64,000 nucleotides of DNA from NCBI RefSeq assembly GCF_036321535.1, contig NC_087437.1, positions 50,470,001 through 50,534,000 of the forward strand, given 5' to 3'. The stretch is from Camelus dromedarius. Taxonomy: Eukaryota. Both the position numbers and the translations under genes were made by a program. Each line of letters starts with the position of its first letter. Within the stretch, counting starts at the first letter, position 1. Positions 24,501 to 36,500 of the stretch are shown here, piece after piece. The notes beneath the pieces were generated by a model, which saw only the letters and a program-made list of their open reading frames with translations, made no database searches and was not told the DNA's origin.

Positions 24501-27500
24501 TTAAGAAAAGATGAGGAATACAGCCAATATTTTATAATAACTATAAATGGAAAATAACCTTTAAAAATTGTATTAAAATTTTTTTAATTAAAATTTTAAA
24601 AAAGAGCTGAAACACGTAAGATCAAGTTGTACAGGGATAAAATGTCAACTGCCACAAGTACAGGAAAAACTGCCCTTTAGATAGAAATGTCTGAGTGACA
24701 GAGAACAGCCTAGCTAGACAGAAGTGGTTTATAATATAGTAGGTTAGCCTCTTAAATCCCAACTCTACCACTAGTTAAGAAGCCCTGGGCAACTAAGTTC
24801 ATCCATCTGCAATTCAGCTTAAAATAAAGATAACATTTCCTGTCCTCACAGGGCTATTGTAAGAATTAAATGAGTTAATACACATAAAATATTTAGAATA
24901 GTACCTGGTAAATAATATATGTGTCCTTACTATTCCTATTGTTTATTTTTTTAAATTTTAAAAATTATTATTATAGATTCTGAAACAGTACTGGAAAGAG
25001 AACAAATTCAATAATAAGGTAACAAGAAGCAACAACAGCAATTAGACTAAATAGAAGGAAAATACAGAGAGAAAGAGATAAGCAAGTCCTAATTACAGTA
25101 TTACCTAAAATTGAAATACCTGCAGAATGAATCCTTAAGCTCTTATAATAAAATTTAAATTACAAAGGTTATCCCAGTGTCATTCTTTCAAACAGAATCA
25201 ACAAGGGCAATGTGGTGTTTCATAAAAGATGATCAACTAACTGCCGGATGAACATGGAAATGAATTGAGACCTGATCCAAACACTATCCCTAAAGGGAAC
25301 AAAATGTTGCCAACTCCCTAGGGAAGATGAAATGGTGATTAAAAATCCTATTCGCAATATCTTAATATACCTAGAGGTATCTACAGTTAGCACAATATAA
25401 CCAAAAAAAAAAAAAGAAATGTGGAGTCAGAAGATCTGACATTGAGTCCTAATTCTACCAACTCTAGAGTTAATATGACCTTAATAAGTCAGCCTCTGTG
25501 AACGTTTAAGTGTCCTCATCTTTATGATGAAGAGGATAACACATTTTTTTACTTAGCTCAAAGGGTTGTTATAAGAACCACATGTGATTAAGTAACTGAA
25601 AATATACTTCAAAACACTCTATAAAATTATTTTTAAATATTAAAGTAAATGTTAAAAATTTTTTAATCAATCGCACAGGAATAGGAGTCTAACTGAACCA
25701 CAACACTTCATAAGAAAATAACTTACAGACTTTAATAAAGTTCAGGAAGGTCCTAAAAATGACATGGATGTTAAAGAATAAATGTAATTTTTTGATAAAT
25801 AACATGCCCACAGGCGTCATGACAGTCCCAAGGCTAACCATAGAAGGTCAAAGAGTGGGTGGTGGCCAAATTCCTGGGAATCCCAGACCCTTTCCCAGGG
25901 TAGCTGGAAAAGTCCTCCCACTTGTAGGCATGAAGCTACCAAGCCCACAAAAACTGGCAACACCATGCCTCGTGGCCACCTCTCTCCCTTGTCTTCGGAG
26001 ACGGCCCGCACTCTGTCTGTGGAATGTATACCTACTTTTACTTTAACTGAGCACCCAGCCCCCACATCTCATGGCCTTTCTCTTGCCTTTTGAAACAGCC
26101 TACACTCTATACAGTATGTATCTCTCTAAATAAGTCTACATTTACTCAAAAAAATAAATAAATAAATAAACAAACTAACAGAATGAATAGTCTCAAAAAA
26201 TAACAGACCCATGGTGTTCTACATTAAACAGCCTTTTTCTGGAATATTATGTTCAGCTTTAAGAACTCTATTTTCAGAGAAACTGAGAAATTAGAAGTAT
26301 CTGGGGGGACAGTAACAGGAATAACAAAGGTCTTCTCAAATGAGGAACAGTTAAAATAATTGGAATGCTGATCTGAAAAAAAAAAAAAAAGGAGAAAGGG
26401 TAAATGATAGCAATCTTTAAACAGCTAGACTTCCTTTGTACTGCAGCAGAGGACAAAGAAGAACACTGGTAGAAGTTCCAAAGACAAAGATGTTAACTTA
26501 ATAAGGAAGAACTATGTGATAAAAAGAGTATTCTGTGATGAGAATGGACCACTTCCTAAAAGAATGTGTGTCCAATGCCTGTATGTTCAAAAGTAAAAGC
26601 TAAATGAGCATCAGGTATGGATGCTACTTCGGATAAGTTAGATTTAACAGAGGATTTATGAAATCCCTTCCAAATTTAAGATTCAAAGACTATCAAAAAT
26701 GGCAGGTGACTGAAGCAGATGGTGACAGAGGAAGTACCCTATCCTGGTGTCACAGGAAACAAGGTTATAAAAAAGTGAGAAAATACGGAAAATACCAGCT
26801 CTCACATAAACTACAGTGCTGTCACTCACTCTTTGCCAATTTGTTTTGGGCCTCACCTACTCTCCTATAATCTCCTAATTCTTTTCTGCCAAATATTTTT
26901 TATATTATATATAAAATAATTTAAGAACCTTGTGAAGGGCTGTCAAGAAAACTGTTTTCTTTTAAATTAAGTTCTTAAACCAAGCAAGTCATTATATTTC
27001 CTGACACTCAACACCAATGCAAAACAAAAAGAGAAATTATGATTTGTCCTTTATTACACTTTTCTTTTTTTTAATTAAGATTTTTTTAGTTTTAGGTTTA
27101 CGGGAAAACACAGCAAAAGCACACAGTTTCCATATACCTTTTCCTGCCTTCTTCACACTTCCACTATTTTTAACATCTTGCTTTAGTGTGGTATGTTTCT
27201 TATAACTGATGACCAATATTATTAACTGAAGTCCACTATTTTACATTAGGGCTCACTCTGTGCCATATATTCTATGGTTTGGACTTTTTAAAAAACAACT
27301 TTTGAATTGTGGCTAAATACACACAAAATTTATTATCTTAACCATTTTTAAGTGTACAGTTTCAGTAATGTTAGGTACATTTACATTGTTGTACAATGAA
27401 TCTCCAGAACTCTTTCATTTTGAATAATATAAACTCTATACCCATTAAACAATATTATCTTTTTCTTAAGCTCAATACTTATCAGATAATAGAATAAACG

Positions 27501-30500
27501 AAATTTTAAAACCTAATTCTTCATATTTTTCTCAACTTTTTCAGTAAACTAAAATTCAAATTTATCATATTAATATACCTAATAGCTATAAAATTTTATT
27601 TTCTCTATTTTCACCAAACATAATAAAAACTGATTCAATGTCAAAACTACATAATCACCCAAAAATATCATTTATTTTGGGCTCTAGTAAGGGGCAGGGA
27701 TGTAACTAATAGGTTCATCCACTTTAAATCAACATTTGATATTCACATTTTCTCTAATCATAACAAAAGTCTAATCAAAAACACAAGTGTAATTCTTTTT
27801 AGTATGTGTGTGTGTGTGTGTGTATGTGTGTATATATATATATAAATATATAAAAATATATTTAAATTGAAAGACTTTAATTGGTTTTTATTTGTAGGAA
27901 GAAAAGAAGGGACTAGAGAAAACAGCCCAGTTAACTAGTGGCCACAGGTAGAAGACAGAGAACCTAACACTAGGTATCCCAGTTTATTATTCCTGCAAAC
28001 TGAGGAATTTTCCTGTAAGAATAAAATCCAATCTAAATTGAAGATTCAGTTGAAAAGGAAACTTCATTATTCCAAATTTTGCTTTATAGATATTTTGTAA
28101 ATCTTTAATCAATTCAGTCATGTTTAGTTGCTCTTTAGGCCAATTTCCCAATACAAATGTTGTACACTCATCCCTTCCTCTAACTTTCAGTCACTTCCTT
28201 GGTCTAATTCCTATTCACGTAATCCTTTTCTCAATGCTTTTTTTCTCTCTCATCTAAAATATAAAGAAGGACTAGTAAAAAGACTCCTATTTAGCCTCTC
28301 CTACTACTGTAATATTCAAAATAAAAACTCAGTTCCATCATTGGGTAAGTTATTTAACTTGCTGAGCCTCAGTTTCCTCATATGCAAAATAAGGATAAAA
28401 AATGTCTAGCACTCTATGACTGGCAAAATAGCAGCTGGTGAATTATGGAATGAAAGACTGTATAACTCATAAAGTTGTTCAACATTAAATGAGTCAGTAT
28501 ATGTTAAGTACTTTGCACATTTCCAGGCACACTAAAAGCTCATATTAAATGGAAGTTACTGCCACCATCAAAATCTCCAGTGCATCTCCACCACTGATAT
28601 TTTCAATTTAAGCCTTTCTGTCCTGTTTTTATAATTGAAGTACAGTCAGTTACAATATGTTAATCTCTGGTGTACAGCACAATGTCCCAGTCATGCATAT
28701 TCATCTTCATATTCTTTTTCATTAAAGGTTATTACAAGATACTGAATATAGTTCCCTATACTATACAGAAGAAACTTTCTTTAAATCTATTTTTATATAT
28801 AGTGGCTAACATTTGCAAGTCTCAAACTCCCAAATTTATCCCTTCCCATCCACTTTTCCTGGGTAACCATGATTGTTTACTATGTCTGCTAGTCTGTTTC
28901 TGTTTTGTAGATGAGTTTATTAGTGTCCTCTTTTTTCCTGTTTTTTAGATTCCCCATATAAGTGGTATCATATGGTATTTTCCTTTCTCTTTCTGGCTGA
29001 CTTCACTTAGAATGACGATCTCTAGGTCCACCCACGTTGCTGCAAATGGCATTATTTCTTTTTAATGGCTCAGTAGTATTCCATTGCATAAATATACCAC
29101 AACTTCTTTCTTCAGTCACCAGTGAATGGACATTTAGGTTGTTTCCATGCCTTGGCTTATTGTAAATAGTGCTGCTATGAACACTGAGGTGCATGTATTT
29201 TTTCAATTAGAGTTCCCTCTGGATATATGCCCAGGAGTGGGATTGCTGGATCCCATGGTAAGTCTATTTTTAGTTATTTAAGGAATCTCCATACTGTTTT
29301 CCATAATGGCTGCACCAAACTACATTCCTGCCAACAGTGTAGGAGGGTTCCCTTTTCTTCACACCCTCTCCAGCATTTATCGTTTGTGGGCTTTTGAATG
29401 ATGGCCATTCTGACTGGTGTGAGGTGATACTCACTGTAGTTCTGATTTGCATTTCTCTGATAATTAGTGATATTGAGCATTTTTTCATGTGCCTATTGGC
29501 CATTTGTATGTCTTCACTGGAGAATTACTTAAGTCTTCTGCCCATTTTTGTATTGGGTTGTTTGCTTTTTTGTTATTAAGCTATATGAGCTGTTTATATA
29601 TTCTGGAAATTAAACCTCTGTCAGTCGTATCATTTGCAAATATTTTCTCCCATTCTGCAAGTTGTTGTTTTGTTTTGCTTATGGTTTCCTTTGTTGTGCA
29701 AAAGTTTTTAAGTTTAATTAGGTTGCATTTGTTAATTTTTGCTTTTATTTCTATTGCCTGGGTAGACTGCCCTAGGAGAACATTGCTAAGATTTATGTTG
29801 GAGAATGTTTTGCCTATGTTTTCTTCTAGGTTTGTCCTGTTTTTAAAAGAAGACTTTATAAGCCTTAGTGTATCTCACAAATTTAAGCTCCAAACAAGCA
29901 TTCTCACTAAAATCAAATTGTTTTCTCTCTTCCACAAAGAAGCCATGCTTATTCCTGACATCTCAGACCTTCGCTTGTAACTATCCTCTCACTGGAACAC
30001 CATTTATCTCCCCTTGCCCAGACAAATATCAAACCCTTTAGTTCATATCCCATCTTGCCCAGGAAGCATTTCCCAACCATTCCTGCTTTTACGCATTTCT
30101 TCTTTTATCTAGAACCTCACACATATTTATTATTCTGTATTATCTGTTACTGTCTATTTTTTCTGAGTAACTGGCAAATTACACTGTAGCTTTTACTTCC
30201 ACTTCCCCTAGGCATTCCCAAAGCAAATGTATTATTATTACTTAACTATTATGATCTAAACTGTTAACAGCGGCTACTTCTGGATAAAATTATGAATGAT
30301 AATCATCTTTTATAATCTTATAGTTTCCAAATAAATCATAACCAAAAAATAAATTTATCTGACATTCTATGACTCAGAAGTTTTAAAATGCTATTTCAAC
30401 AGATCCATAGTGAAATAATTTATGATCCCAAGATCCTACAACATCTTCTGAAAAATAAATAAATAAGCAAACATACATATGTATATCAGTGGAATTTTAA

Positions 30501-33500
30501 CAACTACTTATTTTCTGTATTGTAGTTCTTAAAAAAAAAAAAATCCATGGTTCACATATGGTATACAAGGCAACCATATTATTGAATGGGCAGGGTATTT
30601 TCTGATTAGCTAGAAGTTCATTGTTTCTCATTGTCTTTCAGTAACTGATAAGACTTTATGCTCAAAACACAGAACTCTCTATTACAAAACAAAAGTGACA
30701 CTGTCAATGTATTTGAGTATCTGAAACACCAAATATAATTTTAAAAAATTCTTACCTAATCCTTTTTGTCCTGGGTTCTTTGCAAAATTAAAAGTAAACT
30801 GGTAAAAATCCTTAAATCGTCCTGGTTCTTTCAATTCTTGTTCCATCTTGGGTAGCTGGGCCTTTAGTTTTTCTATGCTGTCACATCTATATTGTAAAAT
30901 TAAGTTTATAAAAGATAAATTTTTTTGCCATAAATTAAGAGCTTAGTTTATTTATTCCTACAATAGCTTATATTTCATAGAACTTCTTTTTAAAAAAATC
31001 ATTTGAGATTTCATCTTTTTATACTATATAAACAAGTATTGGGCTAGCTGGCAGAAGATCTGGGGTGACTGCTAGAAATAACTACAATTTTAAAATAAAT
31101 AGGCTGTTACTTTTAACTATGTAATTCACTGGACTATCAACACACCTGAATTGCAGAAGTCAGTTGTAGTGAACAGATGAGAATGTATAGTAATCAGCAA
31201 AACAATCACCAGTTAAACTGTGGTAGATGTTCATCACATGGTAACAAATCACATGTCTAGCTTCCAAACAAACTGAAAGTGCAGTCCCTTGATTAGGTGA
31301 GGAAGCATTCCTCTGGAAAACCTCTTGTTATACAAAGTATCATAATAAACATCAGCTATGCCCCATACCATCTTCAACTGAACTTAAATCAATATAAAGC
31401 TTTTTCTATATTTGCAAAGCAAATTTCCATGGAGTTGAAAAGGTCCAAGTACCAATTCCTACTTTCCACATAACATCCTTAAGGTAGAAATATCTGTGTC
31501 TATAGACTGCACAAACCAATCATGCCACTGCTTCTCCTTCAAATCATTTTTCTTCTATTTTCCTTTTATGTTGTTTATAATACCAGCAAGATCATTAGTT
31601 TATAAATTAAAATTTTGATTTGGAAGTTCATTAAATTTCACATGAATTCACTTTCAAATGAAAAAAAAAAAAATAGAAAAGTGAGTTCTAATGAAATCTG
31701 TCCTAGCATAGAAAATTCCAGCAAGTTCAGGACAGGGCTAGCTTTGGCTTTAGAACACAGTGCCTAGGCCAGTTATTAACTGATTGTCTCTCAGCTTTAA
31801 ACCCACCCTTCTTTGCCCAATTACGTGGCTATTTGCAGGGCACTACAAATTGTGAGACTTCATTTTTCTTGCCAGCTGGCTAACTGTTAGGTCCAATAGA
31901 AGGCAATGAAAAGCTGAAAGAGGGCGAAGGAATTGTTCTTATCCATTTGTTTTCTGAAGAAAGCAAGAGTTTTGGCCTGCTGGGACGTCCCCGCAGTGTT
32001 CACCAAAGGTGGCAACTGGCATAGCTCTGCAACAAGTGGCCCCTAGCTAACAACTTCTTCACCAGCAAGATAGGCAAGGCAGGCATCACAGGCCCCAGAG
32101 GCACTGTCCTCTGTGGTCTCACTCTCAGCCTTGTGGAGATCCTAGGTTTCTAGGTTCCTTCCTTGTTTACTTCCCTCAGCTCCAGGGTTGGTGGCAGCTT
32201 TTTCCAACTGCCACCTCTGCTATACTTGAGTTTTCTTTGTGCCCTTTTTACACAATAAAACAATTTTTTAAAATTTACCCTGTTCAAATTATTGGTATGG
32301 TTTTGGTGTCCTGTCTGGACTCTGACTGATTACAATGTCCCTCAGGCTCAAGAATATGAATGCCTGGGTTCAAATTCTGGCTTTAGCTACCTAACTCCAT
32401 AGTTTCTCTGGATCTCCATTTCCTCATCTCTAAAATTCAAATATAAACACTACTTCTCTCACAAAGTTGTTGTGAAGAGGTAGCTGAAGTACTTACTTAG
32501 CACAATATCTGAAATAAATGTTCAACAAATGTTTAGCTATTATCATTCAACAGCACCTACTAAAAACAGAAAGGGCAGCTGGTTACCTTTCCACAAAAGA
32601 CTTTGCAGCCTCATTAAATACAGACAACTAGAGGTCATGGATAAAACATCTACCCATGACTTTTCAATCTAATTTATCCCAAGACATTTAGCTAATCAGT
32701 TGTGGGTGAAAAAAAGTGATTAGTAACCTCTATGATTTTTTAAATTAGTTTTTAAAATTTATTTTTATTTTAATGGAGGTATTGGGAATTAAATCCAGGA
32801 CCTCGTGCATACTAAGCATGTGCTCTACCACTGAGCTATACCCTCCCCACAAAATTTTAAATTCTAGTTTGTTTATAAATTCAGTTCATAGCCTTCTATT
32901 AGGAAATAAAACTTGCTCATTTCACTTTTCCATGTAAAATACTAAGGCACAGTAATTTTAATACCAGTGAACCTCCATTAGAAACAAATAATAAAAGCAT
33001 AATGCAAACAGAGTAAGTTGTACTAACTTGACAGATAACTTGACACAGAAGGAACTATCGTATCAGCCCATTTCTATTTATACCATTATTTGGGGGCACA
33101 AATGTCAGTTCCACTGTAATTCTCATAATTTACCTAATTTCCTGTGGTAAGTATCTACTCACCCTAATTCTGTCATGCCATCCATGAACTCCTGTTTGGA
33201 GAATTCGCACTGTGTTGCCGCTCTAAACTTCCACGCAATGATCAACACACTAATGCTGGCTGGATCGAGTGCCAGGTCATCACAGAACTGCTGTATACCA
33301 TCTATTCCAATTTTGTTTTCATCTTGAGGATCTTTAAAAACAATAATGCAGTATTAAATTAGTGCCATAGTTTACTAAACTATTCCTGAAACTGAAAAAG
33401 GTAATTCTTTGTGTTCCATTTAAAAAAATAATCACTATAGACCAAAAACATGAAGCAGTATTACTCTAACAGATATTCTCCCCCTGTAATATTTAAAGCC

Positions 33501-36500
33501 ACTCTGCCTCCGAAACAGCACTCTATTCAGCAGTATATATACAGATGAGCACTTGATTTTTAAAAGTCTCATTTATTCATGTGGAAAATGTCTCACACTC
33601 ATACACATTCAGAAATCAGACATTTCTATATAGGGAACATATTCACATTTTACAGATGCATTCTAAACAGCATCACATATAGAAACTCGTGGGGGGAGGG
33701 TATAGCTCAGTGGTAGGGTACGCGCTTAGCATGCAGGAGGTCCTGGGTTCAATCACCAGTATCTTCATTAAAAAAATAAATAAGTAACAAACCTAATTAT
33801 TCCTTCTCCCCTGCAAAAGAAAACCACAGACATACACGAAAGAAATTATTTTTTTCTTAATTTTACTACAGAAATCACTTTTAACAGAGTATCAGAAAAA
33901 CCATAAACTCTGTAATTCAATTTCTATCACAATACAAATAACTGCTGTTCATATTAAAGACAAAAAACCCAACTACCAATATTTACTCTTCAGACAGCAA
34001 AAATTTAAAAATGGCAAATACAAGGAGCAAGAGGCACTAATACACTGCTGTCAAATGGGGTTTGCTAACAGCTCAAGGAATAAAAAACGTGCACATCTTT
34101 TGACTTTTGGGCATGAGCTATGAATGAAATATAATCTCACTGTTGGAAAAATTTTGAAAGAAACTCTCTCTGTATCTTTTCAGCGTAAACATAAAAGACA
34201 TAGAAGGCTTGATACCAGGACGTTAAATATTGGTTCCCTCAGAGGAATAAATAAAGGAAAAGATGAAGAAACTATTATTTTTTTCTATATTCATCTATTA
34301 TGTATTATTTAACTTCTTAAAGGTGTATATTATTTTATAATTCTTTAAAGGTTATTAAAATTATTTTCTTAAAATTGGCTCATCTGAGTTTTATGAAAAT
34401 AGGGGGGAAAATGCAGTCTCCCAGCCCCCATTCTCAAATTGGATCACGGGGGAGGAAAAAAGGGGAGGATAAAAGGGAAGGAAATAAAAGGCTAAGGAAA
34501 ATTTTTAGTGAAAAGAGGAAAATAATTTCTCTCAGATTTCTTAAATTCTAAGATCTACAGAGCTCTGTGGGACACATCCACCCAATTAATGTTCTCTGTA
34601 TTATTTGATATCTCACAGAAAGCATGTAACTTTGGAAAACTTGGTTCAAAATTTTTAAAGTCACAAGCAAACACTCACCTTTGTATCTATTGTATAGTTG
34701 TTCTAACTTCTTCCTGTCCAATGATCCTTTTACACTCTCTCGTATATAAAGTTCAGGATTTTGGAAAAAATTGTCTGTTGCAACATCTAACTTCCAGTCA
34801 TTTTGAGACAGACAACTTACTGCTGTTTTTTCACTAGATTGTGTGAAGATCATAAACTGACGAACTTTATCCTTCTGCGATGATTTCAACTTGTTCTATT
34901 GAAACCAGAAAATAAACTGAAACTGTATAAAATCACAAAAGACTAAGTATTTCTATATTGCTGACTAATCATTCCTAGCAATACTTCTTCCTCATAAAAT
35001 ATTAAAACATTTAGCTCAAGACTTACTTTTGATCTATTAATTAGACAAAGTTTTAAAAAATCTAAAACACACAATTAATATCATTTTGGAAAAAAACTAG
35101 ACAGAGGGAAGAGAAGTTCAACCACCCTGCAATTCTCCTAAAAGTGGATCCTAAGAGCATGTATTCAAGCTCTAGAAGGGAAATACAGGTACTCCCAGAA
35201 CTTTAACCAAGCACAAAGCTTTAAACAGATGCTACAGGAGTGGTAGGGAAGAAGGAGACAGTACTTAGCCAGCCAGAACAGTGAGATTAGCAGGTATTCA
35301 TGCAGTTCTAAAACCCACTATAAAGGATATGGGGTACAATTCTCCACCACCTCACTCCCCTTGTTTTCTTGCGATTCTTACCAAATGTGAGAAAGCAACA
35401 GAACAGGAGTACTCTACATTTCTCCTCGCAGTGTTCAGGAGCCAAGACCCTGCGTCCTTCCAACCAAGGTAATTTTTAATAAAATTCTCCTTTCTTATTC
35501 TGAAAGATTCACCTCTTTCCCTTTGACTGAGCCTAGCAGAAGCTCTCTCTAGACAGCCTCTCTATTGTAATAACCTCTTCTCACTAGCCTGTGTTGACAA
35601 AGAATCATGTCTCCTTTGACCTGAACCCTAAGCAAAATGAAGCAGGGCAATCAGGCCCTCCACTCTCTCCCAGTATCAAGGTCATGTTTTTTCCCTTCTC
35701 ACCCAAGTTGGTCTCCTGTGCAATGTCAGTCTCCCTGCTATTATTCTTCCCCCTCACAAGTCCTAATACCATCTCTCAGCAAAATACTTGGGTTCTTCCT
35801 GAGCTACTATTGCAAATGAAGGGGAAAAAAAAAAATCACATGAGTAGAGCACACATTGAGTAGGCCACCACAGTGTTCTGTGGATTAAGCGACACACCTG
35901 AGAACCCCAGCATTTTTTATCTGGCCCAAACTGGCCAATCACAAACCTCAACCCCCTGATTGTACAAACAGTTAAGGAATTTGTTCAAAAATCACCCTGG
36001 TTGTGGTGGGGATAGGTATAGCTCAGTGGTAGAGTGCATGCTTAGCACACACGAGGTCCTGGGTTCAATCTCCAGTACTTCCATTTAAAAAAGAGAAAGG
36101 GAAAAAAAGAAAAAGAAAAAAAAAAAAAAAAAGAACAAAACCTACCTCAGTTATTATTGGCAGAAATGGGACAAGAACAGAAAGGCCTCATGAATCCGAG
36201 TCTTAGTAAACTTTCCATAAACCACACTGCTTGCAGTACATATTTATAAGCCTTTTAAGGTTTTCAGGAAAAAGACTACCAAAGACATAAATATTTCCAC
36301 CTATCACAGAGTAAAAACAAGACTACGCAAAATCAAATATGAAAACCAACCCCTATCTCTAGCAATATGAAAAATGTTTATACCTTGGAGTCTGATCTGT
36401 CACCATACTCTCCTCTCTATAACTATATTTAGAATTCAGATTAAAACCTCAACTTCTGTTCTCCATTAAAACTGAGAAACTAAAAATTCCCTAACCTCCC

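Noticed and set aside
33697..33767. tRNA-Ala(AGC) genes (this and the seven similar loci)
   Set aside because: Stem-breaking substitutions, 5' GGGGA extension, A-rich tails and TSDs mark them as SINEs, not functional tRNAs.
34815..34823. Cryptic donor GCA|GTAAGT inside exon 2
   Set aside because: Weak exonic positions, would shift the frame, and is explained by the codons for A-V-S.
34548..34889. 113-aa ORF as a stand-alone gene (likewise 20123..20401)
   Set aside because: These are DCUN1D1 exons 2 and 5 read through into intron sequence.
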